A stretch of 32,000 bases of DNA from Pasteurella multocida (GTDB lineage Bacteria > Pseudomonadota > Gammaproteobacteria > Enterobacterales > Pasteurellaceae), in the NCBI RefSeq assembly GCF_900187275.1, contig NZ_LT906458.1, positions 690,001 to 722,000 of the forward strand, read 5' to 3'. Shown piece after piece: positions 21,394 through 32,000 of this stretch; within the stretch, counting starts at the first letter, position 1, and each line of letters opens with the position of its first letter. The position numbers were made by a program, and so were the translations under genes. The notes under the pieces are model-generated. The model was not told the DNA's origin, searched no databases, and saw only the letters and a program-made list of their open reading frames with translations.

Positions 21394-22254
21394 ATGCAAA
21401 ATGAACTCATTTGTTATAAAAGAATGCCAATTTGGACAGCCTCCAGTTTGCCGCAAATGTTTCAAGAAAAACATAATACGAAAATTGGGACATGGGGAAA
21501 ATTAAGCGTACTAAAAGGGAAACTCAAATTCTACGAATTGACGGAAACGGGAGAAACAATCCAAGAACATATTTTTACACCAGAAACGGCTATTCCTCTT
21601 GTTGAACCGCAGGCTTGGCATAAAGTAGAAGCCATGTCAGAAGATCTAGAATGTGTTCTTGAATTTCATTGTAAGAAAAAAGACTACTTTCATAAAAAAT
21701 ACAATATGACCCCAACGCATTCGGAAGTGAAAAGTGCGGTGGAAATATTGTCACCTTGTAAAGTATTAGACTTGGGCTGCGGTCAAGGACGTAATTCACT
21801 CTTCTTAAGCCTGTTAGGTTACAATGTCACAGCTTGGGATCACAACGAGAACAGTATCAAATTTTTACAAGACACTGCCGAAAAAGAAAATCTTACTATT
21901 CAGACCGCACTTTATGACATCAATAGTGCAAAGATCAGCGAAAATTATGATTTTATTTTGTCCACTGTCGTCTTTATGTTTCTCAAGCCACAACACATCT
22001 CACAGATTATTGAAAACATGCAAACGCATACCAATGTGGGAGGCTATAATTTAATTGTTGCGGCGATGTCAACGGAAGAGGTCCCTTGTCCTGTCCCCTT
22101 TTCTTTTACTTTTAAAGAAAATGAATTAAAAACCTATTATCAAGATTGGGAATTGGTTAAATACAACGAAGAAATGGGCGAATTACATAAAACCGATGAA
22201 AATGGTAATCGAATTAAAATGAAATTTGTCACGATGCTCGCTAAGAAAAAATAA
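21394..22254 (+). CDS. tehB: TehB-like SAM-dependent methyltransferase, long form with N-terminal extra domain (tellurite resistance)
   Basis: 286-aa ORF. The N-terminal half (MPIWTASSLPQMFQEKHNTKIGTWGKLSVLKGKLKF) matches the extended Haemophilus-type TehB, followed by a methyltransferase domain (VLDLGCGQGRNSLFLSLLGYNVTAWDHNENSI). Confidence 0.9.
   Translation: MQNELICYKRMPIWTASSLPQMFQEKHNTKIGTWGKLSVLKGKLKFYELTETGETIQEHIFTPETAIPLVEPQAWHKVEAMSEDLECVLEFHCKKKDYFHKKYNMTPTHSEVKSAVEILSPCKVLDLGCGQGRNSLFLSLLGYNVTAWDHNENSIKFLQDTAEKENLTIQTALYDINSAKISENYDFILSTVVFMFLKPQHISQIIENMQTHTNVGGYNLIVAAMSTEEVPCPVPFSFTFKENELKTYYQDWELVKYNEEMGELHKTDENGNRIKMKFVTMLAKKK
21732..21740 (+). repeat. Hin-type DNA uptake signal core
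   Basis: AAGTGCGGT within tehB. Confidence 0.8.
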
Positions 22255-22291
22255 TACAACAACGCCCTGTTATCAGGGCGTTTTAGTTGTT

Positions 22292-23374
22292 TTAATCACC
22301 TAATTTACTCATTGGAAAATCTAAAATTTCTGCTAAGTTCAGTATGCTTTCTACATCTGTCTTTAGACAAGGTAAAAAGCAATAACTCTCCAAACGCGTT
22401 TCAATATCTAATAAACTATAATTTGATTCGGCTTCAACCTTTCTGGCAATATCATTAGGCTGTAAGCCATCTTCTTCATCGAGTTCAAAAGGTTGCTCTA
22501 GATATTTAGCAAGATAATCAAACAACGCATCATAGTCCATTTGCCAATGATCTTCATAAGTAGAAGTTAAAAACTCACACAACAGAAAACGGTAATTTAA
22601 GAAAGCGGGTTTCACTGTGCCATAAAAACCTTCATCTTTGACTTGTTGGATTAATTGTTTTTGTTGCTGTTGTATTTCTAACCAACGTGCTTTAAAGCCT
22701 TTTATATTCTGAATTTGTGTTAATTGGCAGAACTGCGTTAAATACGGTGAATAGGTTTCTAATGTTTTTTGTTGATAAGTTGTATCCGATAAAGCGAAGC
22801 CAGTCACGTCAATAGACAGCGTTTGGCATATCTGCCCAATAGCACGTTCTAATAGTGACCAATACGTTTTATCTAATTGTTCTTCACTCTCGATGTCTAA
22901 GAGACATGCACACTTCATTTCTTTAAAAATGCTACCAAATGTATTTGGTACCACTAAAATTTTAAAACGTTGCTCCCCTTCTCTATCTGTATAAGGCAGA
23001 CAAAAGAAAGTGACCTGCTCATATTTCGCTTTTTTCGCTTTCAAATGTGCCTGAACTGGTGTAATACCAAAACTTATCATGATAAAGCAATAACTATTAC
23101 CATCGACTAATTCCTCTTGCGGAATAGGCTCAATATTCGCTTTCCATAATAATTCTGCCAATGCATCATAATGATCTGCATAACCGGCATCTGCTAAAGT
23201 CGCCACAATCAGCTCTTTTTCGTCATCATCAACATCGACAAAATGTCCGGGATAATAATAGTAATCAACTAAAATATCTGTTTTAAATAGATTATTGGGT
23301 ACCTCGACACTATCACTTTCATTGTCTAAATATGCTTCAATTTTGACTAAAGCATTTAAGATATAGTCATACAT
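22292..23374 (-). CDS. Uncharacterised protein, 360 aa, acidic, no signal peptide
   Basis: Single long ORF in an otherwise non-coding gap, starting MYDYILNALVKIEAYLDNESDSVEVPNNLFKTDILVDYYYYPGHFVDVDDDEKELIVATLADAGY. No family recognised. Confidence 0.85.
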   Translation of the reverse strand: MYDYILNALVKIEAYLDNESDSVEVPNNLFKTDILVDYYYYPGHFVDVDDDEKELIVATLADAGYADHYDALAELLWKANIEPIPQEELVDGNSYCFIMISFGITPVQAHLKAKKAKYEQVTFFCLPYTDREGEQRFKILVVPNTFGSIFKEMKCACLLDIESEEQLDKTYWSLLERAIGQICQTLSIDVTGFALSDTTYQQKTLETYSPYLTQFCQLTQIQNIKGFKARWLEIQQQQKQLIQQVKDEGFYGTVKPAFLNYRFLLCEFLTSTYEDHWQMDYDALFDYLAKYLEQPFELDEEDGLQPNDIARKVEAESNYSLLDIETRLESYCFLPCLKTDVESILNLAEILDFPMSKLGD

Positions 23375-23451
23375 AATTTACTCTCATCTAAAAATCACAT
23401 TTATCAATGTAGCACAATTTATCAGCATATTAGTCATGGATAAATTAATAA

Positions 23452-23499
23452 AAAACTGACCGCACTTTGTCTTGAAAGAAACAAAGTGCGGTCAGTTTT
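23452..23499 (-). terminator. dapD terminator formed by an inverted pair of uptake signal sequences
   Basis: Perfect 19-bp arms AAAACTGACCGCACTTTGT/ACAAAGTGCGGTCAGTTTT with a 10-nt loop. Confidence 0.88.
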
Positions 23500-23533
23500 A
23501 ATCAAATTTTAAAAAGAAAGTGAGCTAACAACA

Positions 23534-24358
23534 CTATTCATCAATTGTTCGTAATAATTCGTTAATACCGACTTTACCTAAGGTTTTAGCATCGACTTTT
23601 TTCACGATTACAGCGCAATATAAACTATATTTGCCACATTTAGATGGAAGGCTGCCCGAAACCACCACAGACCCCGCAGGAACTCGACCATAAGTTACTT
23701 CGCCCGTTTCACGATCGTAAATTTTGGTTGATTGTCCAATGAAAACGCCCATAGAGATGACAGACCCTTCTTCCACAATCACCCCTTCGACAATTTCAGA
23801 GCGTGCACCAATAAAACAGTTATCTTCAATAATCGTTGGATTGGCTTGCAATGGTTCTAATACCCCACCAATGCCAACACCGCCTGATAAATGCACATTT
23901 TTACCAATTTGCGCACAAGAACCAACCGTTGCCCAAGTATCCACCATAGTACCTTCATCAACACGGGCACCAATATTGACATAAGATGGCATTAAAACTG
24001 TATTTTTAGCGATATAGGCGCCTTTACGCACAGCTGCAGGAGGCACAACACGGAAACCCTCTTGTTGAAAACGTGCCGCATCATATTCAGCAAATTTCAT
24101 TGGCACTTTATCATAGTAATTTGTCTCACTGCCGGCGACTAACTCATTATCATTAATACGGAAAGACAATAACACTGCTTTTTTTAACCATTGATGTGTG
24201 ACCCATTCTCCATCAATTTTTTCTGCTACGCGATATTTTCCCGAATCTAAGCCTTCAATCGCTTCTTCAATCGCGGCTCGCGTTTGTGCATCGACTGTTT
24301 TTGGGGTAATTTCTGCGCGCTTTTCAAAAGCGGCTTCAATGATATGTTGTAATGACAT
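23534..24358 (-). CDS. dapD: 2,3,4,5-tetrahydropyridine-2,6-dicarboxylate N-succinyltransferase
   Basis: 274-aa product from the ATG at 24358 ([19 protein letters not shown]), hexapeptide-repeat domain ([51 protein letters not shown]-type). The ORF track start at 24424 is an upstream extension. Confidence 0.96.
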   Translation of the reverse strand: MSLQHIIEAAFEKRAEITPKTVDAQTRAAIEEAIEGLDSGKYRVAEKIDGEWVTHQWLKKAVLLSFRINDNELVAGSETNYYDKVPMKFAEYDAARFQQEGFRVVPPAAVRKGAYIAKNTVLMPSYVNIGARVDEGTMVDTWATVGSCAQIGKNVHLSGGVGIGGVLEPLQANPTIIEDNCFIGARSEIVEGVIVEEGSVISMGVFIGQSTKIYDRETGEVTYGRVPAGSVVVSGSLPSKCGKYSLYCAVIVKKVDAKTLGKVGINELLRTIDE

Positions 24359-24540
24359 GCAATTTTCCTCAATGGATGAACGTTTAAAGCCCTTAGTTTT
24401 ATCATATTTCAGATAAAAACTCACCTTTTAATTTAAAAGGTGAGCCTGACTTGAGATTAGAAATCAACCGACAAATATTGCTCATATCCGCCTATTTCAG
24501 CTAAAATCACATAGCCTATCGCTTAGTAAGGAACTCTTTT

Positions 24541-27500
24541 ATGAATAAACAATATTTTCTCTCCCTCTTTAGTACATTAGCCGTTGCTCTAACGCTTTCT
24601 GGCTGCTGGGATAAAAAGCAAGATGAGGCTAATGCCATTCAATTCAATGTCAATCCAATAGAAATCACCAATTATGATGAAACACTGAAAGAAGTCTATC
24701 CGCTTGTTATCTCTTTCTCTGGTCCTGCCGCACCGATTACCTCGGTCAATAAAGAGCTTACACAAGGCATTTCTATTGAACCCGCATTAAAAGGAAAATG
24801 GGTTTGGAACAGTGACACCCTACTTTCATTTAAACCGGAAACTGATTGGCCAACAGGGCAAGATTATCGTGTTAAAATTGATAAAAAAATACTCAATCCT
24901 CAATTACACTATACGCAAAAATTAAACGAACCCGTCGTCTTTAAAACGCCAGAATTTAAAGCGACTTTAGTTGAACAATATTTTCATCAAGATCCTACGC
25001 AAGCACAGGTCCGCCACGCTATTTTCAAACTGTCGTTTACCCATCCTGTGGATCGTCAAAAATTTGAAAAAGCATTACAAGTCAATTTAGTGCGTAAAAA
25101 CAACGACAATACACAAAATATCCTTTCCCCGTTAAAATTTAATGTTCGTTATGGTGAAAAAGATTTAGTTGCCTGGGTCAACTCAGACAACGTAGCACTC
25201 GCACAAAGCGACAACCAGTATATTGAAGTCAAAATAGATAAAAATCTCACCGCACTTTTAGGCAATAACTCGCTCGAAACAGACATCATTTCGTCTGTCA
25301 AAGTGCCGACGAAATACAGCTTGGATTTCTCAACTGGGATTTTGATTGCACAAAATGAGAAAAACGAAGCCGAACAAGTTTTACACTTAAATTTTACCCA
25401 TAGCATTAAAGGTAATGAATTAGAAAAACATATTTCCGCTTATTTATTACCAGAGTTTACGCCTGAAAATCATCCTCATTGGCGTTATAACCTTATCAGT
25501 CGCGATGTTCTACAACATGCCGTTGCAGTTCCCCTCCAACGCCTAGCAACAGAAACGACTTATGCTAATCAACAAAGCTTTAAACTGGATATTCCTGAAA
25601 AACGCTGCTTATATATTGAAGTCCAAAATAAAATCACTGCCTTGGGTGGCTATGAAATGAAAGGGGCATTAGGCGATCTTGCCTGTGCACCAGATTATCC
25701 AAAATATGTTGGATTTGTTGGAAAAGGTTCAATTCTTTCTTCTATTGGTGAAAGAAAAGTGACTATTGCGACACGCAACTTTACAAAAGTTAAACTTGAA
25801 ATTGGACGTATTCAAGAAGAACAATTACGTCACTTAATCGCGTTAAATCAAGGTAACTTCCAAAATCCCGATCTCGGTCAGCTAAAAATCGACAATATTG
25901 CTGACTTCTTTACTAAAAACTACACACTGAATAATAAAAAACCACAAGAAACGACTTATCTTGGTATTGATCTAGAGAAAATCGTAAAACAAGCTGAACC
26001 TGCCATGGGAATCTACTGGTTAAAAGTCACAGGTGATAGCGACAACCCGAACTCAACTTTACGTGATACATCACAACATATGGATTGGCGTAATGATGCG
26101 AGCAATCAGTTCAGTGATTACCGTTTAATTGTGATCAGTGATTTAGGCGTCATTGCCAAAAAAGCCGTTGATGGAACACAAAGTGTATTTGTCCAATCGA
26201 TCAGTCGTGGAGAACCGGTTGAAGGGGCCACTGTTTCGGTAATTAGCCGTAATGGTTCTATTATTAAGAGCGATTATACTAATGAACAAGGCGTAGTAAA
26301 CTTTTCCTCATTAGCGCATTTTAAACAAGAATTAGCGCCCGTGATGTATTTGGTTTCAACCCAAGAAAGTCTCTCTTTCTTACCTATTGATAAATATGAT
26401 CGTAATTTAGATTATTCGCGCTTCGATGTAGGGGGGATTTATGCTAGTGAAAATGCTGCGAGCTTAAAAGCTTATTTATTTAATGACCGCGGTATCTATC
26501 GTCCAAATGAAACCTTACATACGGGGATCATTACTAAAGCACAAGATTGGCAGCTTGCGTTAAATAACATTCCACTTCAATTTAATCTCTATTCGCCGAG
26601 TGGCATGTTGATGCACAAGCAAACCATTCGTTTAGAAAAGAGCGGTCTGAATTCCGTCAGTTTTACTTTGCCTGAAACGGCAGAAACGGGTGAATGGTTT
26701 GCAGAATTACTGGTCACGGAAAAAAATAACCAAACCGAAATCGGTTCAATGACATTCCAAGTACAAGAATTTCAACCCGATAACTTAAAAATCAAAACAA
26801 CCTTTAATCAAGCTCATGCCGAGGGATGGGTGGCACCACAAGATTTAGTCGCTACAGTACAACTTGCTAATCTGTTCGGCACACCGGCACAAAACCGTAA
26901 AGTGCAGGCAAATTTAACGCTACAACCCCTGCTCCCTAAATTTAGTCAATATGCAGATTATCGTTTCTTTGATAATCAACGCAATAAATCCGCGATTCTG
27001 TATGAAACTGAATTGAATGAGCAAGTAACAGATAAAGAAGGTAAAGCCCACTTCCCTATTGATTTAACGCAATATGCGGAAAATACCGCACAGATGCTGT
27101 ATTTTACGGCTGATGGTTTTGAAAATGACAGTGGACGTGCTGTATCGACGGTGAAATCAGTCATGGTGTCAGCACAACCTTGGTTAATCGGTTATCAAAC
27201 GAAAAACGATTTAGCCTATTTGAAGCGTAATACACCGGCTGTGGTCAATTTCATTGCAGTTAATCCAAAATTAGAAAAAGTGGCGGTTGAGCATCTCAAA
27301 GCCACCTTATTAGAACGTAAGTATGTTTCAGTCCTGACACAACAAGCATCAGGCGCTTACAAATATGAGTCTAAGTTAATTGAAAATGAAATTGAGCAAA
27401 CAACCCTACAGATTAACGCAATGGGTACTGATTTTACTTTAAATACTGGTAAGAGTGGTGATTATGTTCTGGTTTTAAGTAACGAACATGATCAAGAGGT

Positions 27501-30258
27501 AAATCGTATTCACTATGCTGTGATCGGGAATCAAAATGTCAGTGTGGCAATGGATAAAAATACCGAGCTCAAATTGCGTTTAAATAAAAAACAATTTAAA
27601 CCGCATGAAGAAATCGAAATTGCGATTCATGCCCCTTATGCAGGAACAGGCTTAATTACCATTGAAAGTGATCGTGTCTATGCACATAAATGGTTTAAAG
27701 CCACCACAAACAGTTCTGTACAACGTATCCAATTACCAGAAAATTTTGAGGGTACTGGGTATGTTAATGTCCAATTCTCACGTGATATTCATTCCGATGA
27801 TATTTTTACTAGCCCATTAAGTTATGGCGTTGTGCCTTTTACAGTCAATGTAGATAATCGACGCTTAAAATTGCAGCTAGATAGCCCGAAAAAAGTGAAA
27901 TCCGGCGAAACGGTAGAATTTAAATTAAGCAGTGATAAGCCGAGTAAAGCCCTTATCTATGCAGTAAATGAGGGAATCTTACAAGTAGCAGGCTATCAAT
28001 TTACGGACCCATTAAGCTATTTCTTCCCGAAATATGCACTACAAGTACAAACTGCCCAAATCCTTGATCTTATTTTGCCTGAATTCAGCAAAGTAATGCA
28101 GTTTGCACAAACAGGTGGGGATGCGGATATGAACATGGAGCTGGCAATGAAAATGGCAATGGCAAATATGAACCCATTTAAGCGAAAAACAGATAAACCT
28201 GTCGCTTATTGGTCTGGCATTGTCGATATCCATGGTGAGAAAACCGTCAGTTATCAAATTCCAGAGGAATTTAACGGTAACTTAAAAGTCATGGCGATTG
28301 CGCTTTCTCATGACGGTAAACACTTGGGACACGTTGCAACAGAGACACTTGTTCGTAATGATTTGATTCTTTCACCAACTGTGCCACTCACGTTAACGCC
28401 GGGCGATGAATCAGAAATAAATGTTGTCATCGCGAATAACACAAATAAAGCGCAACGAGTGAATCTCAAAGCTACTCTTGAACCACAGCTAAGCTTTATT
28501 GGCGAAGCTGAAAAAGTCATTGATATTGCGCCAATGTCAGAAAGCCGTGCTGACTTTGTGATTAAAGCTACGCAAGAACTGGGTTCTACCACTATTCGCT
28601 TTATAGCGAGTTATGAAGACGCTCAGCAACAAAAAGTCGATGCTGTCCGTCATGTTACTCTTTCTGTTCGTCCAATTATGCCAAAACAATTTGCTACGCA
28701 AATTCAAAAAGTCGCGGCAGGAAAAACTGTAACGAGTCCATTACCTATGAGCCTCTTCCCACAACATCGTCAGCAGTCTGCCTTATTCTCAGCTGCGCCG
28801 CTTGCTTTAGCACAGGGGGTATCGACTTATCTAACGCATTATGATAATTACTGCACTGAACAAATGATCAGTGCCGCGATGCCAATGGTCCTCTTTAGCA
28901 AAAATCCAGCATATCAACCATTATTGACCGCACTTTCACGGAAAGCGCCTCAAAATATAGGTTCAACCGGTACGCATGATACGTTAGAAAAAGCCTTCAA
29001 GCTGTTACCAAGTCGCCAAACAGAATATGGTCACTACGGTATTTGGAATAACGTTGAAGAAGGTAACCTTTTCGTCACAGCTTATGTTGCGCATTTCTTA
29101 ATTGAAGCAAGAGAACGTCATCTCGTCTTACCAAAAGCTTGGTTTGGACAACATGGTTTATTTAACAACACAATAAGTGCATTAGAAGAACAAAGTGTGC
29201 CACAAGAAGGAGATAGCTTAGCGACACTACGTCAACGCGCTTACTCTGCTTATTTATTAACACGCTTAGCCAAAGTACCCTCCAATGCCTTATTGTCGAT
29301 TCGTACTCAGCTCGAGCAACAATTTAGTGCAGAAGAGTGGCAAAAAGACACTGTTTCTGCATGGTTGGCAGCGGCTTATCACATGCTAAAACAAGACAAT
29401 GAGGCCAATAAGTTGATTGAACCTGTTATCAATCAATTAGTTGCAGCACGCCCAGCACAATGGACATATGATGCATACAGTGACCCATTGATTAAAGACA
29501 GCACAATGTTGTATGTGATTGCACGTCACTTCCCTGTTCAGCTCTCGAAAGTTTCAGACAGTGTATTGGAACGTATCGTGCAAGATCTGAATCAGCAGCG
29601 CTATAACACACTCTCTTCTTCGATGGTATTGCTCGCATTGGATGCTTATGCACAGCAACACCAAAGTGAATTAGCAAACTTACAAATTCAACACCAAGGT
29701 AAAGAGATTAGTCAAAGTACACCGCTGTTCCGTTTTGCAGATTTAGCCGATACACAGATGGATATCAGTTTTGTCAATAATAGCCAACAACCCGCATGGT
29801 TTGCCTTAAGCCAAGTTGGCTATCCACAAAACGCCGCACAACAAGCTTTATCTCAAGGATTAGAAGTGGATCGCAGCTATACGGATAAAGAAGGGAAACC
29901 TATTCGTCAGGTTAAAATTGGCGATGTGATTTATGTCACCGTGAAAATCCGAGCAAGTACAGACTACGTGAGTGATGTCATCATCACCGATCTCTATCCG
30001 GCAGGCTTTGAAGTACTTTGGCAACAAGGTGCAGAAGATGATTTTGAAGATAGCTGGTTAGCACAACATACTGAGTTACGAGAAGATCGCTTACTCAGTT
30101 ATTTAGACGCGGAAAAAGAAATGAAAGTCTTAAAATATCAATTAAAAGCGGTCAATATTGGCACTTTCCAGATTCCGCCAATTTATGCAGAAAGTATGTA
30201 TGACCGTGCTATTAAAGCGTATTCCGCGAGTGAAGGACAAATTAAAGTCAGCAAATAA
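24541..30258 (+). CDS. yfhM: Bacterial alpha-2-macroglobulin-like lipoprotein (YfhM/ECAM type), 1905 aa
   Basis: Lipobox LTLSGC, MG-domain region (YDRNLDYSRFDVGGIYASENAASLKAYLFNDRGIYRPNETLHTG), and a thioester motif CTEQ in YLTHYDNYCTEQMISAAMP. Confidence 0.94.
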   Translation: MNKQYFLSLFSTLAVALTLSGCWDKKQDEANAIQFNVNPIEITNYDETLKEVYPLVISFSGPAAPITSVNKELTQGISIEPALKGKWVWNSDTLLSFKPETDWPTGQDYRVKIDKKILNPQLHYTQKLNEPVVFKTPEFKATLVEQYFHQDPTQAQVRHAIFKLSFTHPVDRQKFEKALQVNLVRKNNDNTQNILSPLKFNVRYGEKDLVAWVNSDNVALAQSDNQYIEVKIDKNLTALLGNNSLETDIISSVKVPTKYSLDFSTGILIAQNEKNEAEQVLHLNFTHSIKGNELEKHISAYLLPEFTPENHPHWRYNLISRDVLQHAVAVPLQRLATETTYANQQSFKLDIPEKRCLYIEVQNKITALGGYEMKGALGDLACAPDYPKYVGFVGKGSILSSIGERKVTIATRNFTKVKLEIGRIQEEQLRHLIALNQGNFQNPDLGQLKIDNIADFFTKNYTLNNKKPQETTYLGIDLEKIVKQAEPAMGIYWLKVTGDSDNPNSTLRDTSQHMDWRNDASNQFSDYRLIVISDLGVIAKKAVDGTQSVFVQSISRGEPVEGATVSVISRNGSIIKSDYTNEQGVVNFSSLAHFKQELAPVMYLVSTQESLSFLPIDKYDRNLDYSRFDVGGIYASENAASLKAYLFNDRGIYRPNETLHTGIITKAQDWQLALNNIPLQFNLYSPSGMLMHKQTIRLEKSGLNSVSFTLPETAETGEWFAELLVTEKNNQTEIGSMTFQVQEFQPDNLKIKTTFNQAHAEGWVAPQDLVATVQLANLFGTPAQNRKVQANLTLQPLLPKFSQYADYRFFDNQRNKSAILYETELNEQVTDKEGKAHFPIDLTQYAENTAQMLYFTADGFENDSGRAVSTVKSVMVSAQPWLIGYQTKNDLAYLKRNTPAVVNFIAVNPKLEKVAVEHLKATLLERKYVSVLTQQASGAYKYESKLIENEIEQTTLQINAMGTDFTLNTGKSGDYVLVLSNEHDQEVNRIHYAVIGNQNVSVAMDKNTELKLRLNKKQFKPHEEIEIAIHAPYAGTGLITIESDRVYAHKWFKATTNSSVQRIQLPENFEGTGYVNVQFSRDIHSDDIFTSPLSYGVVPFTVNVDNRRLKLQLDSPKKVKSGETVEFKLSSDKPSKALIYAVNEGILQVAGYQFTDPLSYFFPKYALQVQTAQILDLILPEFSKVMQFAQTGGDADMNMELAMKMAMANMNPFKRKTDKPVAYWSGIVDIHGEKTVSYQIPEEFNGNLKVMAIALSHDGKHLGHVATETLVRNDLILSPTVPLTLTPGDESEINVVIANNTNKAQRVNLKATLEPQLSFIGEAEKVIDIAPMSESRADFVIKATQELGSTTIRFIASYEDAQQQKVDAVRHVTLSVRPIMPKQFATQIQKVAAGKTVTSPLPMSLFPQHRQQSALFSAAPLALAQGVSTYLTHYDNYCTEQMISAAMPMVLFSKNPAYQPLLTALSRKAPQNIGSTGTHDTLEKAFKLLPSRQTEYGHYGIWNNVEEGNLFVTAYVAHFLIEARERHLVLPKAWFGQHGLFNNTISALEEQSVPQEGDSLATLRQRAYSAYLLTRLAKVPSNALLSIRTQLEQQFSAEEWQKDTVSAWLAAAYHMLKQDNEANKLIEPVINQLVAARPAQWTYDAYSDPLIKDSTMLYVIARHFPVQLSKVSDSVLERIVQDLNQQRYNTLSSSMVLLALDAYAQQHQSELANLQIQHQGKEISQSTPLFRFADLADTQMDISFVNNSQQPAWFALSQVGYPQNAAQQALSQGLEVDRSYTDKEGKPIRQVKIGDVIYVTVKIRASTDYVSDVIITDLYPAGFEVLWQQGAEDDFEDSWLAQHTELREDRLLSYLDAEKEMKVLKYQLKAVNIGTFQIPPIYAESMYDRAIKAYSASEGQIKVSK
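25249..25257 (-). repeat. Hin-type DNA uptake signal core
   Basis: ACCGCACTT within yfhM. Confidence 0.8.
28852..28863 (+). other. Codons for the predicted internal thioester motif (Cys-Thr-Glu-Gln)
   Basis: TGC ACT GAA CAA in frame within the alpha-2-macroglobulin-like gene, matching the CXEQ consensus. Confidence 0.88.
28927..28935 (-). repeat. Hin-type DNA uptake signal core
   Basis: ACCGCACTT within yfhM. Confidence 0.8.
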
Positions 30259-30273
30259 TCCCGACTAACAAAT

Positions 30274-30296
30274 ATGCCCACCAATTTGGTGGGCAT
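30274..30296. terminator. Terminator between convergent yfhM and cysB
   Basis: ATGCCCACC/GGTGGGCAT arms with an AATTT loop, followed by TTTTTTT on the plus strand. Confidence 0.87.
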
Positions 30297-30339
30297 TTTT
30301 TTATCTGTTTTCAGCACTGAAAATAAAACGCATTCAGCA

Positions 30340-31311
<972 letters not shown>

Positions 31312-31351
31312 TCAGTTATCCTCTCACAGCACTGGCTGTATAAGAAAAAAC

Positions 31352-32000
31352 TTATTTTTTATAACGTTTATTTAATTCAGCATAACGCTTCACAGCCTTA
31401 CGAATTTGACCTGTTTTCGCTCTACGGCGAGGTTTTGTCACGTCAAGTTTCGTTTCCACCTCTGCTGGTAACCCAACTAATTCCCTTAGATAATTCACAT
31501 TGGTTAAATCCATTTCTTCCCAACCGCCTCGAGGTAACGATTTCATTAAAGAAATATTGCCATATCGAGTACGAATTAATCTGCTCACTTGTACACCTTG
31601 GGACTCCCATAGACGACGAACTTCGCGATTACGTCCCTCCATTAAAGTCACGTCGAACCATTGGTTCATGCCCACACCACCAGCAAATTTAATCTCTTTA
31701 AAATTGGCAGGACCGTCTTCTAATTGAACACCTTTTTTTAAGCGATGTAGCATCGCTTCATCAACTTGCCCGAAAACACGTACAGAATATTCACGCTCTA
31801 CTTCTCGACTTGGATGCATTAAACGGTTCGCTAATTCGCCATCGGTCGTGAAAAGCAACAATCCAGAAGTATTAATATCCAAGCGTCCGACAGCAATCCA
31901 ACGAGAACCGGTTAAACGTGGTAAACGGTCAAATACGGTCGGTCTTCCTTCAGGATCATGGCGCGTACATAACTCCCCTTCAGGTTTGTAATACATCAGT
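31352..32000 (-). CDS. rluB: 23S rRNA pseudouridine(2605) synthase RluB, C-terminal part (5' end outside window)
   Basis: [28 protein letters not shown]...[32 protein letters not shown]. The RluB sequence normally extends upstream of this methionine, so the CDS is probably truncated by the window edge. Confidence 0.93.
   Translation of the reverse strand, partial: LMYYKPEGELCTRHDPEGRPTVFDRLPRLTGSRWIAVGRLDINTSGLLLFTTDGELANRLMHPSREVEREYSVRVFGQVDEAMLHRLKKGVQLEDGPANFKEIKFAGGVGMNQWFDVTLMEGRNREVRRLWESQGVQVSRLIRTRYGNISLMKSLPRGGWEEMDLTNVNYLRELVGLPAEVETKLDVTKPRRRAKTGQIRKAVKRYAELNKRYKK

Noticed and set aside
27600-28600. Several 60-95 aa minus-strand ORFs inside the alpha-2-macroglobulin gene
   Set aside because: Expected by chance in a 5.7 kb ORF; no ribosome-binding context or recognisable domains.

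Overview
This 32 kb window looks like an ordinary Pasteurellaceae (Haemophilus/Pasteurella-like) chromosomal segment. Dense housekeeping genes share synteny with known blocks, and 13 exact copies of the Hin-type DNA uptake signal core (AAGTGCGGT/ACCGCACTT) are scattered through it. Supported genes in order: folC (partial), accD, truA, a patatin-like phospholipase, rplY, a DedA-family membrane protein, bioD, an Mlc/NagC-like ROK regulator, asnS, pbpC, rsmI, lpoA, yraN, diaA, dolP/yraP, ribE, a NorM-type MATE exporter, a Gfo/Idh/MocA oxidoreductase, pyruvate kinase, tRNA-Val(GAC), a cold-shock protein, a TehB-like methyltransferase, a 360-aa uncharacterised protein, dapD, a giant alpha-2-macroglobulin-like lipoprotein, cysB and rluB (partial). 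I found no convincing new defence, mobile or biosynthetic system. The most anomalous spot is the roughly 430 bp directly 3' of tRNA-Val. It holds five near-identical GTAATACTAAA/TTTGGTATTAC motifs in opposed orientations and a tiny ORF coupled by ATGA to a truncated upstream reading frame, which could be the scar or end of an integrated element. The 360-aa orphan protein is the main uncharacterised gene. All homology calls come from recalled family features; no database search was run.
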